This document shows, piece after piece, positions 17,927-27,107 of a DNA stretch of 45,239 nt. A program made the translations under genes and the position numbers. Origin of the DNA: an uncultured Candidatus Saccharibacteria bacterium (GTDB lineage Bacteria > Patescibacteriota > Minisyncoccia > JAHCSD01); the NCBI GenBank assembly GCA_964373435.1, contig CAYJUS010000001.1, forward strand, positions 473-45,711, in the 5' to 3' direction. The notes below the pieces were generated by a model. It saw nothing but the letters and a program-made list of their open reading frames with translations, did not search any database and had not been told where the DNA came from. The first letter of the stretch is position 1; each line of letters opens with the position of its first letter.

Positions 17927-19090
17927 ATGGCGCTGGATACTATACAACAAGTGATCCAACAAATTGAGAGATCCGCTCGTGTGCTTTTGGTCCCACACAA
18001 GGATTTCGACCCCGACGTGTTCACAAGCGCTCTCGCGCTTGCTGTCTTTCTTAAACAAGGCAAAAAGCAGGTAGACTTTTATGTTCCCTACGAGTTGCCG
18101 GAAAAATTTTTCTTTCTTCCGGGAACAAAGTCACTTGAAGCTCCCTCGCGTCTTTCGGGGGATTTTATAATCAGGGTAAACACGCAGGGGAGAAAGATAA
18201 AAGAGCTCCGATACCAAAGCGACGGAGAGGCCCTAAAGATCTACCTCACCCCCGAAGGAGAACCTCTTGCCCATGAAGATATTTCTCACGAACGCGCCGG
18301 AGATCAGTACGATACGGTCATTACGGTAGGGTGTCAAGACCTCGAGTCTGCGGGAGAGGTATTCGAACGATACCCCCATCTCTTTTTTAACAAACCCGTC
18401 ATCAACATAGACCGCAAACTCCACAACGAGGAGTTTGCGGAAATTAACCTTGTCGATGTCGCGCGAGGGGCCCTTGCGGAACTCACCACAGACGTAATCG
18501 AAAAATGGCGGCACGATGCGATGGGGGAGGAAATCGCGACTATCCTTCTTACGGGAATCATTTCGGGAACCAATAACTTCCGGAGCCACTCCACCACGCC
18601 CCACACCCTTTCCCAAGCCGCACACCTCATCTCGCAGGGGGCGGACCATCAAGCCATCATCCAGAACCTCTATAAAACAAAGCGGCTCCCCCTACTCAAG
18701 CTCCTCGGCCGCCTTATGAGTAATACGGAATACCTCGAAGAGGTGAGGCTTTCTTGGAGCACTCTTACGAGTCAAGATCTCTATGATACGGGGAACACCG
18801 CACGCGACCTCACACACATTCTCGATGAATTCAGGGAACAATTTCCCCACCCCGAAACAATCGCAATTTCTCTCACGAACGGGAATCCGGAAAATCCCAA
18901 CTCGAAGACGCTGATTTATTCTCCCCGCGAACATCTTATCGCGCTTCTCCATCGCGAACTCGGAGGAGAAAGGAAGTCAAATAAGCTCGTGGTAGAATCG
19001 GGTAAAGAACCGACGGCGCTGTTGAAAGAACGGGTGATAGGGCTTCTTGGTAATGCGGAAGAAAAAAGGGTGTGGTATAATAAAAGGTGA
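17927..19090 (+). CDS. DHH/DHHA1-family phosphoesterase-like protein (NrnA-like) with degenerate catalytic motifs
   Basis: NrnA-like layout. The motifs read HKDFDPD and GIISGTNNF instead of the canonical Asp/His-rich versions. The ORF-track start at 17774 lies upstream of the promoter. Confidence 0.6.
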   Translation: MALDTIQQVIQQIERSARVLLVPHKDFDPDVFTSALALAVFLKQGKKQVDFYVPYELPEKFFFLPGTKSLEAPSRLSGDFIIRVNTQGRKIKELRYQSDGEALKIYLTPEGEPLAHEDISHERAGDQYDTVITVGCQDLESAGEVFERYPHLFFNKPVINIDRKLHNEEFAEINLVDVARGALAELTTDVIEKWRHDAMGEEIATILLTGIISGTNNFRSHSTTPHTLSQAAHLISQGADHQAIIQNLYKTKRLPLLKLLGRLMSNTEYLEEVRLSWSTLTSQDLYDTGNTARDLTHILDEFREQFPHPETIAISLTNGNPENPNSKTLIYSPREHLIALLHRELGGERKSNKLVVESGKEPTALLKERVIGLLGNAEEKRVWYNKR

Positions 19091-20769
19091 TGAGAAGCAA
19101 GAATGGCATCCTGGGCGAAACCGAAAAAAATCCCGGGAATACGCTCGAAAAAGTGTATGAAAAAGAAGAACGAAAGGCTCAAAAGGAGCTTGCAGCTTCG
19201 CTAAAGTTTCCTTTTGTGAATCTCTCTCTCGCCCCCATAAACCGGGAAACCCTTACACTCATCCCCGAAGAAAAGGCTCGGGATGCGCAACTCGTGACGT
19301 TCAGCAAAAAGGGGGAAACTATACACGTAGGTATCGTAAACCCTAAAAAAAAAGAGTCGCAAGCGCTTCTTGGTTGGCTCAAAGAACGAGGGTTCGATTA
19401 CAAGGTATTTGTGGTGACAAAGACCGCGCTTGAGAAGGTGTTTCTCCGCTACCCCGCGGCCCGGAAGCAAAGCCCCCGTATCCAGGGAACCGTCTCTGTA
19501 AACCACGACCTTATCGAAAGAATACAACGCACGACAAGAACGCTCGACCAGTTAAAAGAACGGGTGAGCAAAGACGAAGAAGACGCGACGTCGGAAATAC
19601 TGGAAACGATTCTCGCAGGAGCGCTTGCGTTCAGCGCATCGGACATTCATATCGAAGCTGAAGCGGGAAGGTCAAAAATCCGCTACCGGGTCGATGGAAT
19701 GCTGAATGACATCACGTTTCTCCGACACGAAGTGCACGACTTGCTCATTTCACGGATTAAAATTCTTTCTCGCCTCCTCCTTAACGTCCACGATACTGCT
19801 CAGGACGGCCATTTCACTATACGGAGCGGGGGAGAAGAGATAGAAATCCGCGTCTCTATTATCCCCTCAGAATACAAAGAGGCTGTGGTGCTTCGAGTTT
19901 TGAACCCCCGGCTGCTTCTCTCGATTCATGAGCTCGGTCTTCGAGAGGACCTCGAGAGAATAATATTGGAGAAAGTACGCGCTCCCTACGGGATGATCCT
20001 TGTGACCGGACCGACGGGGTCCGGGAAAACAACAACTCTCTACGCATTTATCGAGGATATAAAAAAACCGGAGATCAATATAATCACAATCGAAGATCCG
20101 ATAGAAAACCGCGTTTAGGGGGTAGCACAAAGCCAGGTAAGCCCTCAAAAATGATAAGATTTCCCCCACGCTCTTCGCGCGATTTTGCGCCAAGACCCCG
20201 ACGTAATCCTTGTGGGAGAAATGCGAGACGCGGAAACCGTTTCTACGAGCCTCAACGCAGCGCTCACCGGCCACATGGTGTTCTCGACGCTTCATACGAA
20301 CGACGCGGCGGGCGCAATCCCGCGACTGATTGACTTAAACGCAAAGCCGTCGCTCGTCTCCCCCGCGCTTGACGTCGTGATCGCCCAACGACTCGTACGA
20401 AAACTTTGTAGCCAGTGCAAAAAAGAACGGAGCATAAACAAAGAAGAGTCTAAAAAAATCGAACCCCACCTTCACCTTGCCCCCCTGCCCGTACAAAAGG
20501 AGATAGAACGGTTCACAAAAGAGATGCGCGTCTGGGGACCCGGCGGGTGCCCCGCCTGTTTGGGAGGAGGATACAAGGGGAGAATTGGCATATTCGAAGT
20601 ACTGATGGTGGACGAAGAAATTGAACGGATGATTCTTTCTTCCCCTACCATTACCGACTTAAAGAGCAAAGCGAAAGAAAAGGGCATGACCACCATGATG
20701 CAGGACGGAATCCTTAAGGCGTCCCGGGGGGTAACATCCCTCGAAGAAATTTGGAGGGTTACGCAATAA
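19090..20769 (+). pseudogene. pilB: Type II/IV secretion ATPase (PilB/GspE family) interrupted by three in-frame stop codons
   Basis: T2SSE N-terminal domain, Walker A GPTGSGKTT, then TAG 20116, TGA 20152 and TAA 20155 in the same frame. Beyond them come [15 protein letters not shown], the His box [14 protein letters not shown], and CxxC..CxxC. Confidence 0.85.
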
Positions 20770-20777
20770 ACAAAAAC

Positions 20778-20995
20778 AACCCACAAACTGTAGGCAGGTT
20801 TCCCGCTAGGCGGGAAAAATGGAACCCCTCTGAGGAATACTCCAGTCCCCCACCGCTTTTACGCTTCGGCCATAAAAGACCCGCGAAAAATAAAAGGGAG
20901 GCGGTAAAGGTGGTGGGGGGCCAGAGTACCCATCGAGAAAAACCCCAAATTGAGATCTAAAACCCGAAACCTCAATTGCCTACAGTTTGTGAGTT
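20778..20995. other. ~218-nt multi-helix structured element closed by a 15(+3)-bp inverted repeat (element X); an ncRNA or a MITE
   Basis: cacaaactgtaggca (20782-20796) pairs with tgcctacagtttgtg (20977-20991). Internal hairpins are tttcccgc-tag-gcgggaaa, ctttta..gcTTCGgc..taaaag and aattgag..ctcaatt. Confidence 0.5.
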
Positions 20996-21037
20996 ATTTT
21001 TCTCATTAACAGTCTATATTAACAAAATACGAGGAAT

Positions 21038-22048
21038 ATGTCAAGCCCCCTCGCAAACAAAAAAGATGTCCGGGAGGAACACGCCTTCGACCTCACCTTA
21101 CGGCCTCAAAGCTGGAAGGAATATATTGGACAGGGAAAAATCAAGAACAACCTCAAAATTTTTCTTGAAGCGGCGAAAAAAAGAGGCGAATCCCTCGAAC
21201 ACATTCTCCTTTACGGACCCGCGGGACTGGGCAAGAGCAGTCTCGCCTATATTATCGCGCGGGAGATGGGAGCGAATATGCGGGTGACGTCGGGACCCGC
21301 GATTGAAAAAGCAGGAGACTTAGGGTCCCTTCTCACCAATCTCGCCGAGGGCGATATTCTGTTTATCGACGAGGCGCATCGCTTGAACAAAACAATCGAG
21401 GAGGTGCTGTATCCCGCAATGGAGGACTACAAACTCGATATTATTATCGGAAAAGGACCTTCGGCAAGAATCCTGGAACTCAAACTTCCCCGCTTCACCC
21501 TGATTGCGGCAACCACACGAATAGGGCTCCTCTCGGGCCCTCTCCGGAGCCGCTTTGGAGACACCTACAAACTTGATTTTTATTCGGCGGAAGAGATACA
21601 GGACATAATTTCGCGCTCCGCCCGCATCCTCAATGTAGCGATTGATACAAAAGGACTTGAGCTAATCGCGGCTTCGTCCCGACAAACGCCACGAGTTGCA
21701 AACAGGCTGTTAAAACGCGTGCGTGATTTTGCGGAAATAGAAGGAGAGGGAGAAATTACTCACGTAATTGCGAAAGAGGCCCTAAAACGGCTCGAGGTAG
21801 ATTCTCTGGGGCTCGAGGTAACCGACCGAAAGCTTCTCGAGACAATAATCGATAAATTTGGCGGAGGGCCTGTAGGGATAAAAACACTGGCCGCAAGCAC
21901 CGCAGAAGAAGAGGACACTATCGAATCGGTATATGAACCCTATCTCCTCCAGATTGGCTTTATCGAACGAACCTCCCGCGGGAGAGTGGCGACCCCCGCG
22001 GCATACTCGCATCTCGGGAAAACACCGGCGACGCGATCGTTTCTATAA
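21038..22048 (+). CDS. ruvB: Holliday junction DNA helicase RuvB
   Basis: [12 protein letters not shown], Walker A GPAGLGKS, Walker [25 protein letters not shown]. Confidence 0.95.
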   Translation: MSSPLANKKDVREEHAFDLTLRPQSWKEYIGQGKIKNNLKIFLEAAKKRGESLEHILLYGPAGLGKSSLAYIIAREMGANMRVTSGPAIEKAGDLGSLLTNLAEGDILFIDEAHRLNKTIEEVLYPAMEDYKLDIIIGKGPSARILELKLPRFTLIAATTRIGLLSGPLRSRFGDTYKLDFYSAEEIQDIISRSARILNVAIDTKGLELIAASSRQTPRVANRLLKRVRDFAEIEGEGEITHVIAKEALKRLEVDSLGLEVTDRKLLETIIDKFGGGPVGIKTLAASTAEEEDTIESVYEPYLLQIGFIERTSRGRVATPAAYSHLGKTPATRSFL

Positions 22049-22063
22049 TCGTCTCGCTATCAT

Positions 22064-22273
22064 ATGTTCACATTCGTTCTCCTTTTTTTGCTATCACTCC
22101 TCGGAATTTATGCAACGTTTGCAGTTGCGGTACTGTATCACCTATGGAAGTTTGATCTCGACCCAAAAACCGCGAAAATGGCAAGCGTGGTGTTTATTCT
22201 TGTTTCTTCACCGCTGATTGCGGCGATTCTCTTTGTGTTTTTTCGTACGCCGTGGGAAACGATATTTTCGTAA
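22064..22273 (+). CDS. Small two-helix membrane protein (69 aa)
   Basis: ORF with two hydrophobic helices; no family recognised. Confidence 0.45.
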   Translation: MFTFVLLFLLSLLGIYATFAVAVLYHLWKFDLDPKTAKMASVVFILVSSPLIAAILFVFFRTPWETIFS

Positions 22274-22301
22274 CGCGTGGCTTCATGCGCGAGAGGCATG
22301 C

Positions 22302-22895
22302 ATGGTTTCTTCCGACCCCCGCCTCTGGCTCATGCCCCACATTACCGCTATGCCGCTCCAACTTAACCCCGGAGAACAAGTCATTATTAAAACCGGACGC
22401 CATCGATTCATTCTCTACGGAAAGGTGGGGCAGCTCATCGGGATGTTTGCGATAATCCTCGCAATAAGCATCGTGATTCTCTCCTCTCTCCCTCCGGAGA
22501 GCCCCTTCCGAAACATTGCGATATTAACGCTCCTTTTGACGACTCTCTTTGTGTGGACATACGCCTTTGTTGTCTGGCTCGACTACCATCTCGATATATG
22601 GATCGTGACGACAGAACGCATTATCGATACCGAACTCTTGGGCCTTTTCCAGCGCAATCTCTCGGAATTCAAACTCTCACGCATCCAGGATGTCAGCGTT
22701 GATGTTCACGGGATTTTCCCTACCCTGCTCGACTACGGGAATGTTCACATCCAAACCGCAGGAGTTACGCGTCAATTTGTTTTCCAGCAAGTACCCAAGC
22801 CCCAAAAAATCAAGCGCCTGATTCTCGAAGCACACGACACATACATGACCGCGCACCTCGCCCACGCTCATGAAGCAAAACGGACCGGCATGTAG
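22302..22895 (+). CDS. Membrane protein with a bacterial PH domain (YdbS/YdbT-like)
   Basis: Two TM helices followed by the block TTERIIDTE..LSEFKLSRIQDVSV..GNVHIQTAG. The start is uncertain (ATG 22302 chosen). Confidence 0.6.
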   Translation: MVSSDPRLWLMPHITAMPLQLNPGEQVIIKTGRHRFILYGKVGQLIGMFAIILAISIVILSSLPPESPFRNIAILTLLLTTLFVWTYAFVVWLDYHLDIWIVTTERIIDTELLGLFQRNLSEFKLSRIQDVSVDVHGIFPTLLDYGNVHIQTAGVTRQFVFQQVPKPQKIKRLILEAHDTYMTAHLAHAHEAKRTGM

Positions 22896-22924
22896 CAAGA
22901 AAGATTCTCGCCAACGCCAAACGC

Positions 22925-22952
22925 AAAAAACCGTCCTCAATGACGGTTTTTT
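22925..22952. terminator. Bidirectional intrinsic terminator
   Basis: aaaaaaccgtc / gacggtttttt with an 11-bp stem and loop ctcaat, between convergent genes. Confidence 0.75.
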
Positions 22953-22977
22953 CGTGCATGTCCCCCTGCGGAGAAAA

Positions 22978-23355
22978 CTATTTGACGGGGCAGTATTTTT
23001 CTACATGGGCTATCAGTTCTTCGGCTCCGGTCTCTGGTTTTGAGAGGTATCCTGAAGCGCCAAGTTTTAACGCTTCTCGTATATCCTCTGCCTGTTCAAG
23101 AACAGTAAGAACGAGGACCGGAATATGTTTTGTCCCGGGGTCGCTTTTCAACTGGCGCAGGATTTCAAACCCGCTCATGCCGGGAAGGATAAGGTCGAGC
23201 AAAACGAGGTCCGGCATTTCGTCTTTTACCCTCCGGAGCCCTTCCAAGCCCTCTGCCGCAAGCAAAACCTTGTATCCTTTTTCTGTTAATCGCGCGCTGT
23301 ATATTTTTGAAAGCGAGGGATCGTCTTCGATGAGAAAAACTTTTTTCATCGCCAA
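22978..23355 (-). CDS. Single-domain (CheY-like) response regulator
   Basis: 125 aa with IEDD..., LLDLILPGMSG and a conserved Lys region; no output domain. Confidence 0.85.
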   Translation of the reverse strand: MAMKKVFLIEDDPSLSKIYSARLTEKGYKVLLAAEGLEGLRRVKDEMPDLVLLDLILPGMSGFEILRQLKSDPGTKHIPVLVLTVLEQAEDIREALKLGASGYLSKPETGAEELIAHVEKYCPVK

Positions 23356-23381
23356 AACTCTTTATGATACTATCTAACTAT

Positions 23382-23410
23382 ATTATACCAACAAAGATCT
23401 TGACATTCAA
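23382..23410 (-). promoter_or_regulatory. Sigma70-like promoter of the CheY-like gene
   Basis: The - strand reads TTGAAT-N17-TATAAT. Its -35 box overlaps the -35 of the + strand promoter. Confidence 0.6.
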
Positions 23411-23429
23411 AGGGAATGTCCCGTACAAT
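23400..23429 (+). promoter_or_regulatory. Sigma70-like promoter driving a long leader toward the LTD gene
   Basis: TTGACA (23400-23405), N18, TACAAT (23424-23429). Confidence 0.6.
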
Positions 23430-23806
23430 GCATCATCCACCAAAGATCACCCTCCTTCGCCCTTCGACTTCCTCCGACAAACTCCTCTCCACGAGGGTCG
23501 TCTTCGACTCCGAGGTCGCTCAGACTCGAGGAGAGGCTCTCGAGAGCGGAACAGGTCGCTCGGGGCTTCGGAAGGGTTTATTATTTGTCCGCATCTTTCA
23601 TGTGGTTACGAACAATAAAAGAAGCGGCGCCGAGGCGTCGCTTTGGTTGGCCAAGCTAAGCTTGGATATGGAAAGAACAAAAATGTGAATTGAGGTTTCG
23701 GGTTGGAGGTTAAAGAACAGGAGAAGCCGTAACTTCACTTCTTATTCTAACAACCCAGCGGATCATGTCAAGCAAAAGTTATCCACACCAGCCACATTCA
23801 CCCTTT

Positions 23807-25426
23807 ATGACAAAAATGAAAAATTTTATTCTCCGTCTTGTTTTTCTTCTCGCGCTCGCGTTTCCTGTTTTTAGTAACGCGGGGGGCTCGATCTCGATTA
23901 CCGAAATCATGTATGATTCGGAGGGTGCGGATAGCGGCGGGAAAGCGAGTGACGGAACATATTTCTCGCGTGAGTGGATCGAGGTTTTTAATGCGGCGGG
24001 TAACGCGATTGATCTAGAAGGATGGAAATTTAATGATGGCGCGAACCACATCTTGAATGTCCCCCCGGAAAAAGGCGGACAAGGATCCATGGTAATCGCC
24101 ACCGGCGGATATGCGATACTTACGGATGACGCGGCTACCTTTCTTCGTGATCATCCGGGGTTTTTGGGAACGGTTATTGATACGGTTATGAGTCTCACGA
24201 ATACGTCTAAGACGTTAACGTTGCTTGATCGGGATGGCAACGCCGTCGACTCTATCACGTATCAAAATACCTGGGGGGGAAACGGAAATGGCTATACGCT
24301 CGCGAAGACCGATTCCGCCTGGAAGGAATCAGCGGTCCTGGGAGGGACGCCGGGAGCACCTACGGACATCCAAAACAACCCACAGGAAAATCCGCCAACG
24401 AATCTTCCGCCCTCAACCCCCGCGTCTCCCGGTGGATTCTCTCCCGATGCTCCTCCACAAAACCAACAAACAGAAAACGCGGCGCCCCATGCGAAAGCCG
24501 GGGTAAGCGCGCGCGAGGTGGCTGTCGGAGAAGAAGTCACGTTTAACGCGTCCGGTTCGTCTGACTCGAACGGAGACACCCTCTTGTTTGGTTGGAACTT
24601 CGGAGACGGAAACAAATCGCAAAAAGAAATCACCACGCACCGTTATGACAAGTCTGGCGCCTATAATGTCGTACTTATGGTAAGCGACGGAAAGATCGAG
24701 TCGTATGATTACTTCACGATCATTGTAGCTGAACCGGTGTATTCCCGCTTTATCTTTATCAATGAATTTCTTCCCTCTCCTTCGGGTCCGGATGAAGAAA
24801 ACGAGTGGATAGAACTCGTGAATGAATCAAACGAGTCTGTGGATCTTTCCCGCTGGCAGCTTGACGATAAAGAGGGGGGAAGCGCGCCGTTCACCGTCCC
24901 CGAAAAAACCGTGATTGGCCCAAATTCGTTTCTCGTTTTTGGACGGCCCCAAACAAAAATCGCCCTGAATAACGAGGGCGACGCGGTACGACTGTTTGCG
25001 CCGAACGGATCGCTCGTGCACGAAACATCCTATGCCGAAAAAACAAAAGAGGGGTTGGCCGCGGCAATGTTCTCCTCGAATTGGGAGTGGACCGAATCCC
25101 TTACCCCGGGAAGTTCCAATGTATACTCTCGGGGGAAAGGTGCTGCGACCTATTCTCTCAAAGACCCGCAATACTCTTTCCTCCCGCCGATAACTTCAAC
25201 CGTCCCTCCTCCAGAAACATCGGCGTATTCAAAAGAGAACGTGCCCCTTCAGGGGGGAGAACCAACGGAGGAACGCCGCGAATATAAACCTCAAAGCGCC
25301 GAATCAAAACGCTTCATTTCCTTGCTTCCTCGGGGAGTCCTTGGAATTAGCCTCGCGCTCGCCATCGCCTTGGGGGGCGCACTCGGGGTTTGGGTTCTCA
25401 AGAAACGTCTGAACGAACCGCTCTAG
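23807..25426 (+). CDS. Secreted, membrane-anchored protein with two lamin-tail domains and a PKD domain
   Basis: Signal peptide MKNFILRLVFLLALAFPVFS; LTD blocks (ISITEIMYD..EWIEVFN, IFINEFLPSP..EWIELVN); PKD block (FNASGSSDSNGDTLLFGWNFGDG); and a C-terminal TM helix. The start could be 23765, 23807 or 23816. Confidence 0.75.
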   Translation: MTKMKNFILRLVFLLALAFPVFSNAGGSISITEIMYDSEGADSGGKASDGTYFSREWIEVFNAAGNAIDLEGWKFNDGANHILNVPPEKGGQGSMVIATGGYAILTDDAATFLRDHPGFLGTVIDTVMSLTNTSKTLTLLDRDGNAVDSITYQNTWGGNGNGYTLAKTDSAWKESAVLGGTPGAPTDIQNNPQENPPTNLPPSTPASPGGFSPDAPPQNQQTENAAPHAKAGVSAREVAVGEEVTFNASGSSDSNGDTLLFGWNFGDGNKSQKEITTHRYDKSGAYNVVLMVSDGKIESYDYFTIIVAEPVYSRFIFINEFLPSPSGPDEENEWIELVNESNESVDLSRWQLDDKEGGSAPFTVPEKTVIGPNSFLVFGRPQTKIALNNEGDAVRLFAPNGSLVHETSYAEKTKEGLAAAMFSSNWEWTESLTPGSSNVYSRGKGAATYSLKDPQYSFLPPITSTVPPPETSAYSKENVPLQGGEPTEERREYKPQSAESKRFISLLPRGVLGISLALAIALGGALGVWVLKKRLNEPL

Positions 25427-26992
25427 CTAACTCCTCGGAAGAGTGAACGTGAATGTCGTCCCCTCGCCCGGTTCTGATTCAACGGTGATGGTTCCTCTGT
25501 GGGCTTCAATATAGTGCTTCACGAGATACAAGCCAATTCCTGCGCCGTCAGGGACTTTTTTTATTGCCTCTTTTGTACGGAAAAATTTTGTGAATATGCG
25601 CGCAATATCTTCTTGTGTGATTCCAATGCCGGTGTCGGTAATGCTGCAGGCCAAAGCGGGCTTCGTGTGTAGTGTGGCGCTCGCAATACGAATAGACACC
25701 GTGCCTCCTTCGGGGGTGTACTGGACGGCGTTCCGCAGTAAAATCTCCACCACGCGTCCGATTTTCATACGATCAAGCGATATTTCGTCAAGGGGAGCAC
25801 CCCTGCGATCAAAACCCACGGTAACGTAATGTTGTTTTGCCTCTTTTTCAAGGTCCCGCATCACATCGCTCACAATTTCCCACAACTGATTAGGTTTTTG
25901 CTCAAGCCGGATTGTTCCTCCCTCGATCGCAAGCATGTCGTAGACGTCCTCAAGGATGCTTATTAAAAAGATGCTTTTAGCGTAAATGTTGGCAAGAGGC
26001 CTCCGGAAACGATCACTCTCTTTAGGGACGAGTTTTGAGATTTCCTCAAACAATGATTCCGTGCTCCACCGAATAACCGAGAGGGGGGTACGGAACTGGT
26101 GAGACACCACCGATATAAAGTCTCCTTTCGCGCGATCAATCATCTTGAGTTTTTCGAGGGCGTGTGCGAGTTTTTGTTTTTCCTCTTTTAATTCTCCGAG
26201 GGTGTACTCCAGCCGTTCGGTGCGAGAACGCACTTCTTCTTCCAACTTCGCCTTAGGGAGAATCGCGATGCGCTCCTGCTCGAGGAAGTCCTCCGGAAGA
26301 ACCCGCAACACCCGAGGCGCTGCTTCTTCAAGAAAATCAAAGCGTTCGCGAAATTCACGGTAGGTATCCCGAAACAATTTCTCGATCCGCAAAAATCCCG
26401 TTTCCTTTAAAACGAGTTTCGCGAGGTATCCGACAACTCCCGCAAGGATTGCCTCCGCCTTTTTTTCCTGTATGCGCGTAAAACCGCCGAGCATCACCTC
26501 GAAACGAGGCCAATCAAAGGTGTTGTTTTCCAGGAGATGCGCCGTCTCGTTTTTTTCTCGAAGATAATCCAGAAACCGGCGGCGGGAATCCTCGTTGAGC
26601 TGCCCCCGGGTTCGCTCGAAAAGCAACGCGACAAACTCCTCGGTAAGCTTGAGGGTTTGGAGGGAGGAAGGAAGAAAAAGGACGGCAAAATCGCCCTCCG
26701 CGCGCTCGGGATGGCAACCGCGGAACACGTGCTCGCGAAGCGCCTCGGAAGAAGTGCGATTGCGAGACTGTTCCTGGGTGACATGGCGCTCGAGTTCCCG
26801 ATAGATACGCGCTGCTTCCTTCTCTCGCAGAGGGCCCGGAGAAAGAGCCGCGAGAAGCCGCACTGATCTCAAAAAATCCTCCACTCGTTTTCTGTCCGAG
26901 ATCTTTTCGTCGAGGCTCTTAAAGACGCATTGTTCAAATCCTTCGCGGGGGATGCGTTTTTTAGAAAAGAGAGTAAACACGGTGGTTTCCAC
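25427..26992 (-). CDS. Cytoplasmic sensor histidine kinase
   Basis: H-box SHQFRTPLS, N-box LLRNAVQYTP, G-boxes DTGIGI and GAGIGL. The 270-aa N-terminal region has no TM segment. Confidence 0.9.
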   Translation of the reverse strand: METTVFTLFSKKRIPREGFEQCVFKSLDEKISDRKRVEDFLRSVRLLAALSPGPLREKEAARIYRELERHVTQEQSRNRTSSEALREHVFRGCHPERAEGDFAVLFLPSSLQTLKLTEEFVALLFERTRGQLNEDSRRRFLDYLREKNETAHLLENNTFDWPRFEVMLGGFTRIQEKKAEAILAGVVGYLAKLVLKETGFLRIEKLFRDTYREFRERFDFLEEAAPRVLRVLPEDFLEQERIAILPKAKLEEEVRSRTERLEYTLGELKEEKQKLAHALEKLKMIDRAKGDFISVVSHQFRTPLSVIRWSTESLFEEISKLVPKESDRFRRPLANIYAKSIFLISILEDVYDMLAIEGGTIRLEQKPNQLWEIVSDVMRDLEKEAKQHYVTVGFDRRGAPLDEISLDRMKIGRVVEILLRNAVQYTPEGGTVSIRIASATLHTKPALACSITDTGIGITQEDIARIFTKFFRTKEAIKKVPDGAGIGLYLVKHYIEAHRGTITVESEPGEGTTFTFTLPRS

Positions 26993-27072
26993 GGTATTCT
27001 CACATATAGTATATCACGAATCGCCCTCCCGAAGAAAAGTGACGAAGCGGGTCTTCCCTAAAACCCACACAT

Positions 27073-27081
27073 GTGTATAAT
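27073..27081 (+). promoter_or_regulatory. Extended -10 promoter element for yebC
   Basis: tgtgTATAAT lies 27 nt upstream of ATG 27108; the -35 is weak. Confidence 0.4.
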
Positions 27082-27107
27082 GTGGTATTATTACATAATA
27101 GATAGCC

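Noticed and set aside
20185-20769. Second half of pilB as an independent gene starting at TTG 20185
   Set aside because: It is in the same frame as the upstream half, and family homology continues through and between the stop codons ([12 protein letters not shown] lies before the TTG). There is no SD. It is treated as one interrupted gene.
23416-23688. 90-aa ORF in the LTD-gene leader
   Set aside because: Its ATG lies between the -35 and -10 boxes of the only good promoter, there is no SD, and the peptide is simply the translation of GC-rich repeats.
23688-23704. 17-nt inverted match to 20961-20977 as evidence for a dispersed repeat family
   Set aside because: There is only one 17-mer with no flanking similarity, and by my rough estimate a chance match in this window has a probability of about 0.1. 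It is mentioned only as a hint under the 20778-20995 finding.
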